Shown: positions 14,001 to 27,115, numbered from the stretch's first letter. The stretch is DNA of 64,000 bases from Octopus sinensis (GCF_006345805.1 NC_043007.1:63364001-63428000); one strand, 5' to 3'. Numbers and translations are program-made. The notes: generated by a model not told the origin, from the letters alone.

Positions 14001-17000
14001 GTGTGCATGTGTGTGTGTGTATGACAGAAATACCATCTACCACATGGAAGCAGTACATAAATATAGGTTGCACTTGAGTTTCGTAGCAACTGACCAGGGA
14101 ATATATTTTGACACAAGTTGAAGTTTAGCTGTTGGTTTGCCTAGATAGTGAGAGTTCTCTTACCATCAACTTTTGAAAAAGTCTGCAAGAGTTACATTGC
14201 TGAATTAGTGACTAATTAGTCAAGAATGTATAACCTATCGCAATAAATGTATTGAATCTCAGAGAAAGGTTTCCCACTGTCTTTATTATTAGGGAAAAAA
14301 AAACCCAGTTTACTTTATAAAAGAAACAAAGCCAACTAAAGGGTTTAAATTATGCCATTATCAAAATATTTCCAGCTATATTATTGCATACATTGTATAC
14401 CTACTCCAGTAATTAATCTGGTTGCATACACATAGCATATGCTTCATGGACATCTGTTCTTGCTCACTGGATAATTGCCCCACTGGGCAATTACCTGCTG
14501 ATATATGTAGGTTGAAACTGTGGTAGTTTGAAGTTGCAGTCTAGAGTGAAGTTGTGATAGGACACAGTCGCAATGTAGATTGAAGATGCAGTGTATGTAG
14601 TGTAGACTGCAGCAATTGTCAAAGGGGACAAATGTTAAAGGGAATTTATCTAGGAGCAGCTTTCCTCTAAGGATAGCTGTTCAATGGGTAATTGTTAGTA
14701 CACAAGTATCTGGGGATAATGGTCATGATACCAATACCTAACTTGCTACTTAACTCAGCAAATTACATTACAACACATAATCCATATACTTACTTCAGCA
14801 AGTTCATCTCTTTCAATGAGGAGTTTGTTTAAATGATTAAGAGATTTTTCCAAATAGACATCCAGTTGCTCAGATGGGCCAGTGGGAAGTACAGTTTGAG
14901 TGTCATCAGTTACCTATCCAAAATAAGTGATTACATAAGTTACCCTAAAATTTTGAACATTTGTGATAAGTTAATTTACCTTCTCTTTACCAATAGAATT
15001 TTTATTGCTTAGAGAGGCTCTTAACATTTCAAAGATTACTTTTCAAATATTGTTTCCAATTGCTTTTAATTTTTATTAGTTTGCACCAGTGAGACCTAAA
15101 CACAATATAAAATGTCTATTTTAGCTCCCTAATACTTGTATGAATTCACTTCATCATATTTCAAAGATTGATTTCTATTTCATCTTTTAAAAATGACATT
15201 AGGCCCAAAGGTGCACAAATACCAAAGCCAATATTAGATTTCGATTTATCATAATTAGTCTCACTAATTAGAAAGAAGATTTTTACAATGAAGGATTGAA
15301 GTACAGCAGCTGTCATTAAGTAGTCACACTTGTTAAACTTTGAAAGAATTAACAAGCATGATTAATTTCATTATGCTAAGACCTCAAAAAGCTTTGAAGC
15401 CAGTGTAATTGTTTCTCATTATCTCCAATATATTAGAACATATAAAACACACTTCAATTCATTTTTGCTTTCTTGGTTTTAAAAACCCAACAAGTCAGTT
15501 AAGCAATATAATATGTACTTATATACTCTAATAGCACATCTTGTTGATATTGTAAGTCTCCTTTCTTTAAAAACGGAGACTGAAGTTAAGTATTCTGACA
15601 TACAACACCATCTTCTCAAATGATGAGTTAAAGGATAAGCATTAGGTTATTTGTCAGTAAGAAAATGAATGCAGGAATGTGCATCATAGATGAAAATCTC
15701 ATCTACTTAAAATAAAAAAAAAAAAATTAAGGCTTACATTATAAGTAGAATTTAGGAAAGACTGGAGATATCAATTAATATATATTCCTTTCAAGCATTG
15801 GGCTTCACAGAGGCAAGTGGCTGAGTTCCTTTTGAGTGTTGGGCCTCATGGAGGCAATGACCAAAACCTTTGGTATTATGTCATGCTTGAGAAGACTCAT
15901 CAAGCCAAACAAAATCACAGTCATGGCAGATACCAGTGTCATGCAAACTAGCACCCATGCCAGTGGCATGTAAATGCACCCCAGTGTCATGCAAATGGCA
16001 CCCGTGCCAGTGGCATGTAAAAACACCCATTTTGCAGTGGTTGGTGTTATGAAGGGCATTCAGCCATAGTAAACCATGCCAAATCAGACTGGAGTCTGGT
16101 GCAGCCTTCCAGCATGTCAACCCAGTCAAACCACCCAACCCATGCCAGCATGAACAATGGACGTTAAATGATGATATAAAAATCCACATATGCATTCATT
16201 TATTCACATACACACACCACACACAAATATATGTGCACATACATACACACACATGTATATACTCAGACATACATGCATAGACAAGTATGAATATACATAT
16301 ATATATTTATATTGAACACAGCTAAAATCATATTTGAAATCATCATCATTCTCATTCATTTTAATGTCCAATGTTCCCTGTTATAAACTACAGAAAAAAA
16401 AACTGTTTCATCTTGTTACTGTAATTATATTTTTCACATTTTTAAAAATAATATTTAACTTACCTCCTTTATAAGTTCAACAATTGCCTGCTGTACTTTA
16501 ATATCTAAAGTTTTTATTTTCTCAATGAAGTATTCTTTACGCTCACACTGCACAGCACAACCAAGTACAAGTAAAAGAGCTTTCTTTAACTCTTCAAAGC
16601 TAGCATCTGAAGTGTAGAATGAATAAATATGCATAAGCTTCAACTGAAATATCCATTTTGAATAATAATCAAGATGCATTCATTATAATAGAACAGATTT
16701 ACAAAATATTAGTAGAATTAATTGACTGAACTCATACTGAAACATCTTGGTAAAGCATTATTGTTCAACTTAACCCTTTAGCATTCAGGTGACTGTCAAA
16801 TGTAATGCTTATTTATTCACATTGCTTTGAATTAATCACACATTAACTCAAATCTTTGAGATTTTAATGATGTCATTATTTATTTTTAAAATGAAATTTA
16901 GGGTAGGTGTAAGAGGCTGGATCTAACCAGTTTGGATATAAAACAGAATATTTGGGTTGGATATGGCCAGTTTAAAAGCTAAAGAGTTAATGATTTATCT

Positions 17001-18689
17001 AGTTATCCATTTGTAGACTGAGATAAAGTAATTTCTCAGTGTCAAATATTAGCACCAAAAAAAGAAAAAAATTGCATTTATCAAAATATAAGTAAGCAAA
17101 ACATTACCAAATGTTTTTGTATCTGGTTTACAAGATTCTTTATGTGAATTCATGTGTTGAAACAAATTTTGTTGTGTCTAGGGAGAGTTATTATGCCAAT
17201 ATAATAAACACATGTAAGGAGTGGAATTGAACCAGTGCATGTATTAACCATATTGGCATGATGACTCTCCCTAGACACAACAAAATTACCAAATCTACCA
17301 TGAATCAGACAATATAAACCAAGGGATTATGTTACTATAAATTTTTTGTTGTTATAGTACTACATTTTATTGTATTATTGTTAGGGATATAAATAAATGG
17401 TTTTAAATAGAAAATTAAATTTTGTGTATGTAAAAAATAGATAAAATAAGAGGTTGTACTTCAATGGAGAAGATGAAAAGGACCATAACATTTGATGAAA
17501 AGTTGTACAGGAGAAGACTTGCACAATCCATGCAAACAGAAAACAATCATTATTACTTTTTGCATCCATTTTCCAAGCTGGTGTAGTTTGAACAGGTCAT
17601 GATGACCCAAGTCCATTCTTATTTGGGATTATGACCCTTTTAGAGAGGTTACTACTTGTATGCATCAGCTTTATGGTGTGATTCTACAGTTGGATGCCCT
17701 TTCTAACACCAAATTGCATCTACTATTAAAAATTGCATTCAATAAGGAAAGTACTGGGTACATTTTCTTAATAAATGTATGCATGACTATAGGCACGAAC
17801 ATGGTTGTGTAGTTAAGAAATTTGCTTCTCAACTACATGGTTTCAAATGCAGTCCTACTGCATAGTACCTTGGGCAAGTGCCTACCAAAGCTATCAGTGG
17901 ATTTGATAGATAGAAATTTAAAGAAGCCCATTATATATGTGTGCTTGAATATATTTGCATACTCTATGAAAGATGCAAACAAATAGTGTTGCTATTGTCA
18001 CTTCTATCTTCTCTGAAGACAGGAGACAAAAGATCTTTCACTTGGGTAACAGCTAAGAGTTAGTGGCAGGAAGGGCATCTGGCTGCTAATTAAGTCTCAT
18101 TAGTATATACATCTAATCCATGCTAGGATAGAAGAACAGAGACCAAAGTGAATGAATAGACAGCAACACTAGAGAGGTTATCATGCCCTCAGCAAGACTG
18201 AAGAATTATCTCAATCCTATGTCTGCTTAATTTTGCTAACTACTTTACAGAATATACTGAAGGTATTTTATCATAGAACCAATGCTAGCCAAGTGACCTT
18301 CTGTCTCATAAGATTGAAGAGCCCTCACTACACTATGAAGAAGAATAGAAGAGAGAGTAATGACAGATTTTGAATTTAGGGTGAGATGTGAGAGAAGCAA
18401 AAGTATGATAGGAGCAGTAGAGTTACTGATAAGAAAGGGCAATAGAGAACAGTAAGAGAAGAGACAGAATAGTGAGAGTAAAAGAAGAGACAGTAATGTT
18501 ATGGTCTGATGAGAGCAAAGTAGCTATTGATCTGGTGATTAAAAAGAGAGCAATTGAAGGAGAGTTGAAGAGATGGGCAATGGTAAGAGAAGGGTGATGT
18601 CTGTTAATCCTAACTTTGGAGAGGGGGGGGGGTGAAAGCTAATAAAAGTCTGTGAGTGGAGGAAAAGATCCATTTCACAGACATTGTGG

Positions 18690-18759
<70 letters not shown>

Positions 18760-21700
18760 GGATAGTGTAGGGAGATTTGAATAAGGAAAAACATTTTGTG
18801 CATGTGAGCAGCATGGTACTGTAAATATGAGGAGAATGGGGAAGGATGAATGAAATTGAGAGAGAGAGGGAGAGAAAGATAGAGGGGCAATAAGAAGAGG
18901 TTGATAGAGAAGAGAAGCAGGAGAATGTCACAGAAGCAAGGGTAGCAGGGAGTATGTGAGGAGGTGGTACTCATTTCTACCTCACTTTTAGCATTCTCTT
19001 CAGCATGCTTGCATAGAAAGGTGAGTCTTCACTAGTGGTGTGCATCTCCATTCACTGCAGTACTTTGTCATCTTTTTCATAAGATTCAGCATCTTGACAA
19101 CTTAATCCCTTCTCTTACTAAGTATCCATCTTCCATAGGTTCTACCTCCTTTGAGCATTCTTTATACAGCTATCATCATCAGGATGCATCATATGCCAAT
19201 AGCTGTGCAAGCTTCTCTCTTTCATATGTAAAAGTGATGGCAATGGTAATAAAGACTATGATGTGCAATATCTTGGTTATTATATTCATATTAAATTTAT
19301 CTAGTGCTCTCTGTCTCTCTCTCTCTTTCCCTCTCTTTGTTAATTTCTCATCACTCACTGCCACTCTTTTCAATACGTCTTAACTATTACCAATATCACT
19401 CTTTCCCATCCCTGTGCACCAGATCTGTCTGTTCTTAATACCTCTCTTACTATCATCCGTCTTTATTGCTAACCATCACATTTTCTTACATTATCCTTCT
19501 CTCTCTTTCTCACTTAGGATCTTTTCTGAGAAAGAATGGAATGAATGAATGAATGAAACAATGCAGGGAAGAGTCGATTTCTTTAGTCTTGCCAAGGATG
19601 AGAAACTTCTGATAATCTGTAAGGCAGTGAACTGGTAGAAATGTTATCACGCCAGGCGAAACGCTTAACGGTATTTCATCTGTCTTTACGTTCTGAGTTC
19701 AAATTCTGCTGAGGTCGACTTTGCCCTTCATCCTTTTGGGGTCAATAAATTAAGTACCAGTTATGCACTGGGGTCGATGTAATTGACAATCCCTTTGTCT
19801 GTCCTTGTTTGTCCCCTCTAGGTTTAGCCCCTTGTGAGCAATAAAGAAATGAGAAACTTCTGGTGCTAGTGAATGAATGAATAGAGACAATACAGAGGAG
19901 AGAGGATTCTTTAATCTTGTTGACAGCAAAGCCTCTCTAGTATTGCTGTTATGATAAAATACATTCAATATTGGTCATTAAATTCAATTTAATAAAGTTT
20001 CTAGCATAAGAAAAATAATTTCATGGTTATTATAAAATTTTTAACACCTACTGTCCCTAAAATTATGGCATTTTAGGAGTGGTGAGTAAGACAATTCCAA
20101 ATGAATTATATATTCAAGTAGAATGAAGTTGAGAAGGCATATATGTTCATATAATAGAAAAAACAACTACATAATAAAAGAGCAACCAAGCAAGTGAAGG
20201 AAGAAAATTACAGGGCTAACTGGGCTAGCTAGATACAGATCAAGAGATAAATTAAAATGTACTACTTGGTTGGTATTTCTCAAATCCAATTTTATAAAGA
20301 GAATAATACCAGAATGACTTAACCAAATATTACTGACATTTATTTTCCCAAGGAGGGATAAAAAGCTAAGTCTATTTCAAGGAATTTGTGAGATAACATA
20401 GAAAATCTTGTAAAACATTTTATCTGGATAACTACTACTTCTTTATTTCATATAAATATAACATAAGCTAATGATAAAGTCTCTATATGTTCACTTGCTC
20501 TGTTAGAAATAGCAGCCAAATCTCCCTCACATTATCATCTTCAAAATATTATCAAACAGAGTAATCTGTAATTAAGTATCAATAAAGCATATTTATAAAC
20601 TAATTTCCATAATGCAGGTAAAAAGATATCAAATATTGGTTTCAAATTTTGATACAAGGACAGCAAGTTTGGGGGAGAGGATAAGTCGATTATATCCATT
20701 CCAGTGTTTAACTGGTACATATTTTATCAACCCTGAAAGGATGAAAGGCAAAGTTGACCTCAGTAGATTTTGGACTCAGAACATAAAGATGGATGAAATG
20801 CTATTAAGCATTTTGCCCAGCATGCTAACAATTCTACCAGTTAGCTGCCATAAGGATATCAAATATTAAAATAGCATAAATATGAAAATATAATTTGCTA
20901 TCTCAGAAATTTGTAGTAATTGTTTTAGCTGGTTACAGAACTACTTTTAGAATACTGAGATGTTGCATAGAAATATACAAAATATGAAGGTAACAGTCCA
21001 TGCTGATAAAAAAAAAATTGCATTTTTCTTTTTAAATTTTATTTTATAGCAATAATTTGTTTTCATCTATCATTTTATCCACTGGCATAGTAGCGTTATT
21101 GTAGAAATATTCTTATAACATAATATGGTTTAGAACGAAATAAAGTAAATTCATACAATTTCTTGTAATGCTTTCAATACTTGAAGAAAAAAAAACACTC
21201 TTCTAAAATGTATTCAAATAACCATATTTCAGTTCTGCATATTTATAGTGATGATGCTTAAGACAATGATTCCATGGACTATGCTTTCTATTTGCTTTAT
21301 TTATTGATACTTTCTTCTTATGTTCACTATTCTGAGTTCTAGCCATATTAAGATAAGCTTTGCTTCTCTACTCTCTAAGTGCCAATAACATATCAGTGTT
21401 GAATCAATGTATATGCCCCTTCCCTGCAAAAGATGACCTTGTGTCTATTCAAAATAAATCAATATTCATATTTCATATGAAACAAAAATATTCCCTTCAT
21501 AAACTTAGTTAATTACAAAAAAAAAAAAGACTATTTTGCAAATAAAAAAATTAAATTGATTTTTTTTCTTTATGTAATTTGATTAAAATTTTCCTATCAT
21601 TATATCTTTTCATATTTGTTCATGGTAGATGGGAATATTCCATATTGCTATGTTTAGCTTCAAGGTTCATAGTTGCAGCTTCTTAAAAAATGTCTGACAT

Positions 21701-22220
21701 GTATAGTAAAAGATGCATGACTTGATATGCTGGAACAGATTCAGTCATAATCTAAATATTTAGTCATCAACCTCGAAAGAAATATGTAGCCATTATTTCA
21801 TGAATTCTAAGACACCCAACCATTACTGATAAAAATATATGAATAAATAACATAAAATCATTCAAGTTGATTTCCAATATTTTTTTCATATTAATAATAT
21901 TGTATGGGACATATCTTAATGTCTCACAGACTCCTTTTGTAACCATGTTCCTAATTGGATTGGGCAAGGTATGGAATAGCAGAAAATAGAAAGATAAAAG
22001 CATCTATTGCACATGAGAGATGGAGGGGAGGAAGAGAAGGGAGAGGAGGAGAGAGGAAGAGAGAAAGAGAGAGGGAGAGGAGGAGAGAGGAAGAGAGAGA
22101 GGAAGAGAGAGAGAGGGGGGAGGGGCAGAATAAAAATAAGAAATACTAACCCTTTTCAGGTTCTCTACAAACTAACTGAATGTTAGGTAGTCTCATGATT
22201 AAAATTTGTTGAAGGACCTC
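7892..22220 (-). CDS. CCDC88: CCDC88-family (Girdin/Daple, Hook-related) gene, partial: join(22151-22220,16464-16606,14794-14913,7892-8040)
   Basis: Four exons with canonical splice sites and compatible phases (0/1, 1/0, 0/0, 0/2) give [160 protein letters not shown](L). LLLxLGCAVQC and HLxVELADxKAKxRRLRQEL are recognisable Girdin/Daple motifs. A vs C orthology cannot be assigned. Confidence 0.93.
8970..9090. repeat. Imperfect tandem duplication (about 55-65 bp, 2 copies)
   Basis: aattccaaacaagaa(t/c)tgaaacc(c/t)gaat...cagttcatcag..acttatcac occurs twice in a row. Confidence 0.8.
10390..11282. mobile_element. GC/CpG-rich degenerate DNA element, possibly piggyBac-like
   Basis: 37-bp tandem unit (10584-10680); 78-bp direct repeat (10471-10548 and 11027-11104); Cys-rich remnants (CRICTKH, CLRCNVG); gagatct subterminal motifs; ends gaggttaa. 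Confidence 0.45.
13971..14022. repeat. (GA)n(GT)n compound microsatellite
   Basis: Direct reading. Confidence 0.9.
14794..14913 (-). CDS. CCDC88: CCDC88 exon, 120 nt ([40 protein letters not shown])
   Basis: Acceptor cttattttggatag, donor GAA|gtaagt, open in phase 0/0; xERD motif at the start of the coiled coil. Confidence 0.9.
15795..16176 (+). mobile_element. RTE 3'-end-derived element
   Basis: ttgggcttcacagaggcaa...ccagtggcatgtaaaaacaccc...ggacgttaaatgatgat; same family as 5734-6510. Further partial copies at about 22840-22950 (-), 34310-34500 (-), 48940-49105 (+) and 61620-61820 (-). Confidence 0.8.
16464..16606 (-). CDS. CCDC88: CCDC88 exon, 143 nt ([48 protein letters not shown])
   Basis: Acceptor cattctacacttcag, donor GAG|gtaagt; lies inside supplied ORF 16455-16679; contains the Hook-domain motif [11 protein letters not shown]. 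Confidence 0.95.
16774..16986. mobile_element. TTAA-flanked MITE (piggyBac-type)
   Basis: ttaa|ccctttagcatt ... aagctaaagag|ttaa; short TIRs with TTAA on both sides. Confidence 0.75.
17800..17940 (+). mobile_element. tRNA-derived SINE, family B
   Basis: ggttgtgtagttaagaaatttgcttctcaactacatgg...ccttgggcaagtg...gtggatttgatagatagaaatttaaagaagccc. Confidence 0.7.
18693..18756. repeat. (GA)n microsatellite, about 32 units, inside a purine-rich tract
   Basis: Direct reading; explains the SL-repeat ORFs 18539-18931 and 18675-18974. Confidence 0.95.
19621..19850 (+). mobile_element. tRNA-derived SINE, family A, near full length
   Basis: aggcagtgaactggtagaa head, gttctgagttcaaattc B-box-like motif, gaggtcgactttgcccttcatcc core, tail ccccttgtgagcaataaagaaat; CpGs retained. 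Confidence 0.85.
20630..20850 (-). mobile_element. SINE family A
   Basis: Reverse complement of 19621-19850, about 0.8 kb away. Confidence 0.8.
22020..22125. repeat. Purine-only (GA-rich) low-complexity tract
   Basis: Direct reading. Confidence 0.9.
22151..22220 (-). CDS. CCDC88: CCDC88 exon, 70 nt ([23 protein letters not shown]+G)
   Basis: Acceptor ttttgtttttcttcttttacag, donor G|gttagt; matches the xQQLIxMxLP segment of the Hook domain. Confidence 0.9.
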
Positions 22221-23010
22221 CTGTAAAAGAAGAAAAACAAAATTTAACATGGTAAAAAAAGCATTTAAAAATTATTGTTAAATTCCCAAAATCAATCACT
22301 CAAAGGTAATAACATATTTCTGAAAACTCAGTCTTAAGTCCATAATGCCTAAAATTTTGAAAATAAAATTATTTGTAAACTCCATAGTTTAAACAGTCAA
22401 CCTTTTTAATATTTCCTTTTTGTTCCAATCCTGTCAATGTAATGTAGAAAACAATAATTATGTTGTGGCTATTACAAGTGATGGTCAAATGACTGATTTT
22501 GAAATCATTAATTTTGGTTCATATTAAATCAAATGAAGAGTTCTTACTGTGACATGAAGTTAAATATTTGTAGAGAAATGACTGAGTTATTTCTAAAGTG
22601 ATTAGTACTGCAGATTGTTTCAACAAGAAATTGTTCAACAATAATGTTGCTGCTACATTCTCTAACATTATTAAATACTAGAAAACGCCCAAATTTTTAT
22701 ATGATTAAAACCCAATAACTCCAAGTGAAAAAAAATCCACACTAACTGTCTGTTAAATAAATATGGCTAACAGCTTTTGAAAAGCAGAAGTGAAAATCCA
22801 AATAAATAACACTTCCACCTGAATATCTCATCATGATCCTTTAACATCCATTTTCCATGCTGGTATGGGTGGGACAGTCTGACAGGAACTGGCAAACCAG
22901 AAGACCACACCAAGTTCTGTTTGTTTTGGTGTAGTGTCTACAGCTAGATGCTCTTTTATTCAGTTTATATTTAAGAATTTTCAAGTATGTTTCAAATTCA
23001 AATCGCACTC

Positions 23011-23011
<1 letters not shown>

Positions 23012-23083
<72 letters not shown>

Positions 23084-23100
23084 CACGTGCGTGTGTGTGC
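23012..23100. repeat. (TG)n, about 32 units, followed by gcgcgcgcacgtgcgtgtgtgtgc
   Basis: Direct reading; explains the VC/TH-repeat ORFs. Confidence 0.95.
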
Positions 23101-24320
23101 ATTTACTTTTGTGGGTTTTTTTGTTTTTATTATCTTTTTCAGGACACTGATCTGATGAATTGTACATCTTCATGAATTTGTAATATTTGTATTATAGAGT
23201 TGGATACCCATTCGTTTGTAAAGCCACAATGGAAAGGGAAAACAGTTTCTTTTAAAAAAATTACAGAGCAATGAATTATCAAAACTGTTAGAGTTCAGGC
23301 AAAACCATTGTCATCATTATTTTGTCTGCTTTCCATGGGTAGGATGGTTTGAAGGGATTCAATGGCTCACATTGAATGTCCTGCTCCAGTGTCTCAAATG
23401 CTTCAGTATTTAGTTATGAGCATTATTATTGCTATGGATGAGGGCAAGACTGCAATATTTGTTCCAGCTCTTTACATTCTGAGTTTGTCCTTCATCCTCC
23501 CAGGATCAATGGGACTAATACTCTCTCTCAAAATTGCTGGCCTTGTGCCAAAATTAGAAACCATTATCAATATTACATAGGAGGTAAATATATGACAGTT
23601 GCTTTTTTTTCTGTCAACAGTCCATTAACTATTTTTCATTTGAATATTTGAAAAGTTAAATATATACGAAACATCAATATTACAATTTCCTTTTTACACT
23701 TCTTCATAAGAAATGATTATTTGTAATTTTAAGTTGAAATTCAAGAGAAATAGCAATGGAAAATTTTAACCCAAAGCAAAACATTTGATTCATAACAGAA
23801 GGAAGTGCGTAATCAGTTCAGCTAAGGTCATTTCATTGATCTTTTTTAACATATTCAGTGGCAGTCAAATTTTAAAATGCATATTGAAACTACTTAAAAA
23901 TGAATGTTCACACACATGCAAGACATACATAAAATGTTGCCCAAGTTTAAAATCTTAAAACTGTTAAAAAAAAAAATCAAAAAGTGGAAGAGAAAGAGGG
24001 AAGAGCTAGAGAAAAAGAGAGTGGAGAAAGAGTCAACTAGAATAAAAGGAAAAAAAATGACTATAAAAAGAAATTTAATGTTATTCTGTGATATAGATAA
24101 GACTTCATTCTATGATAGCATAAAGTTAATTTTATGAAGAATAAACACTGAGTTTTGGACTGAACAAACTGAATAAATTACATTTTGTTAAAATTAGACT
24201 AAATTTCAAAAATTGCTTCTTTGAAAAACATATGAAGATATATAGAAGAATTCAGATATCACATATCTGACAGAGATGGCATTATGAATAAATATATAGA
24301 TGTAACAAAAAATTGCTTAA

Positions 24321-24522
24321 CCCTTTGCCTGTCCAAAATATTTTCATAAGTTTGTCTTAAACACCCATTCTTGTTTTATATGTTCTGAGTAATATAAAGC
24401 TTTACTAAGTCCTTAGTTACTCTGGTGGTTGAAAAAGATTGGGAATGTGTATTGTATACAATACATGGACACCAGGAAATATGTCTCATGTGTCACATGA
24501 GATACACAAGACAGTTAAAGGG
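24321..24522. mobile_element. TTAA-type MITE
   Basis: ttaa|ccctttgcctgtc ... gacagttaaaggg|ttag; 13-bp TIR with 2 mismatches. Confidence 0.7.
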
Positions 24523-25244
24523 TTAGTAGTTAACAATTAAAGGAAAAAATTAAATATAGATATTGAAACTTGGGCAAGAAACAAAACATTTTAGTTAAGT
24601 TTTAAAATCTTGAGTCAATTTTACTTTAAATCTACACTGCAAACAGTGTTCCAAAATAAATAAAACCATTGTTAATTAAATGAACTGCATTCTAAAGTAC
24701 ATGAAAAATATCCTAAGTTTTAATGTTCCTGTTTACTAATGCAGATTTGATCTATCCTTTCTCTTACCAATAGTAATTGAGATTGGGAGGTGAGATGAAA
24801 TTTATGAAGCAAATACTATACAGTCATGTAAAAACATCAAATGCTTTACTTCAGTTTAAACATAAGAAAGACTGTTTTAATTAAACGAAGCTAATACAAG
24901 TACGCAAAAATCTGAAGGTCAACAGAAAAAAACACATACCTCCTTGCATAAGAAGCTCTGTTGTTAAGCTATCCATATCAGTAGAGTCCACTATGTTATT
25001 TACACTATGAATATATATATATATATAAATATATATATATAAAATGCTTGAGATCAAAATTGTAGGAGCGAGTAGCTACTACAATTACTGAATATTACCC
25101 GCATAATAACTTAAACGAATAAAATACTAAACATTTCTACTCTAGTTTATTAGACTGTGACCACCTGTCATATTACGCATACAATTCTATTTTTAAATAT
25201 ATATTGTAATATCAATTATATTTAGTTTGTCACCGCATTGTTAT

Positions 25245-27115
25245 TGTTAAGGTAGTGAGCTGGTAGAATTGTTAGTATGCTGGACAAAATATTTACTGGC
25301 ATTTCTTCCAACTTTACATTCTGAGTTCAAATGCTGCCAAGGTCAACATTGGCTTTCATCCTTTTGAGGTAGATATAATAAGTACAGATATAATAAGTAC
25401 TTGTACTGATGAAATCAACTTACCTCGCCCCTAAAATTGCTGGCCTTGTGCCAAAATTCGAAACCATTATTATCATCATCATTATTATTATTATTGCAAT
25501 ACATTGATACACTTGTGAGAGTATCAGACTTGTATTTGTTCCATCTCTTTACATTATGAGCTCAAATCTCACTGACATCAGCTTTAACTTTCACCCTTCT
25601 GAATTTGATAAAATGAAGTATCAATCAAGTACTGGGGTTGATTTTATCAAGTGCACTCATTATTGTGGGATAAATTAGAAATTATGAGGGCAATGAAATG
25701 GCAGAATTGTTAGTGCCGAAAAAAGAAAATGCATTGTATATTTGTTCTGGCACTTAATAGATCAACTTTGCCTTTTATCTCTCTGGGAATGGTATAATAA
25801 AGTACCAACCAAGTAATAGGGTTCTTGGTATTGATCAAAGCCCTCTCCTCAAACTTTCTGGCCTTGAGCCTAAATTAGAAACTATTATTATAATTACTAT
25901 TATTGTAGAATCATTAGTACACTGTGCAAAATGCATAGTGGTATGTTGTCTGTTTTAATGTCCTGAGTTCATATTTCGCCAAGGTCAACTTTGCCTTTTA
26001 TCCTTTTGGGGGCCAATAAAATAATTTCCAGTTGAACACTGGGGTCAATGTAATTGGTTAATCCCCTCCTCTGAACTTGCTGACCTTGTGCCAAAATTTG
26101 AAACCAATATTTAGAGTGGCAAGCTGGTAGAATTATTAGCACACTAGTCATAATGTTTAGCGGCATTTTGCCTGTTTCTACATTCTGAGTTCAAATTCCA
26201 CCAAGGTCAATATAATCAGCTTATCCCATCCATGAACTTGTTAGCCTTGTGCCAAAATTTGAAGTTATTATTATTATTATTGATAATAATAATAAAATAA
26301 AATACTGGTCAAGTACTGGAATTGATGTTACCAACTAACCTGCCCTTTACCCTAAAAAAACTTATGACCATGTGCTGAAATTTGAAACATTGTTATTATT
26401 GTTTTTACTTTTATTAATAAGGCAGCAAGCTGGCAGAATCATTAGACAGGTGAAATGCCACTAAGCATTTCGCCTGTCTATGTTCAGAGTTCAAATTCTG
26501 TTAGGGTCAGCTTTGCCTTTCATCCTTTCGGGGTCGATAAAATAAGTACTGGGGTCAATATAATCGACTAGTCCCCTCTCCCAGCCTATAGTAGAAAGGG
26601 TTATTATTATTATTAATAATAAAATATATAATAATAATAATGATAATAATAATAATAATAATCATTTCTACTATGGGCACAAGGCCTGAAAATTGGAGGG
26701 AGGAGGTAAGTTGATTACATTGACCCCAGTGCTATACTGGTACTTATTTCATCAACACTGAAAGGAAGAAAGGCAAAGTCGACCTCATCAGAATTTGAAC
26801 TCAGGACATAAAGACGGGATGAAATGCTGCGAAGCATTTTTGCTCTATAAGCAGAAATCACGGAAACATCCTCCAATATGATAATGACAATTAAGGCAGT
26901 GAGGTGGTACAATTGTTAGCAGGTGGGGCAAAATGCTTAGCAGCATTTCACTTGTCTTTAAATTCTGAGTTCAAATTCACTGAGGTTGACTTTACCTTTC
27001 ATCTTTTGGGGATTAGTAAAATATGTACCAGTTGAGCACAGGGGTCAAAATCAACTTATCTCCTCCCCCGAACTGGCTGGTCTTGTGCCAAAATTTGAAA
27101 TTATTATTACTAATA
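25245..27115. mobile_element. Cluster of about 8 family-A SINE copies or fragments separated by (ATT)n/(AAT)n tracts
   Basis: Core ctgagttcaaa...gtcaactttgcctttcatcc and tail ggccttgtgccaaaatttgaaacc recur at about 25250, 25550, 25690, 25965, 26115, 26420 and 26895 (+) and at 26665-26830 (-). Confidence 0.85.

Noticed and set aside
19621-19720. tRNA gene
   Set aside because: The A/B-box-like head belongs to a multi-copy SINE and does not form a complete cloverleaf.
24940-24990. 51-nt AG/GT-bounded segment (DSTDMDSLTTELLMQG, donor gtatgt)
   Set aside because: Open only in phase 1/1, but it lies in the phase-0 intron where it reads into TAA; the acceptor lacks a pyrimidine tract.
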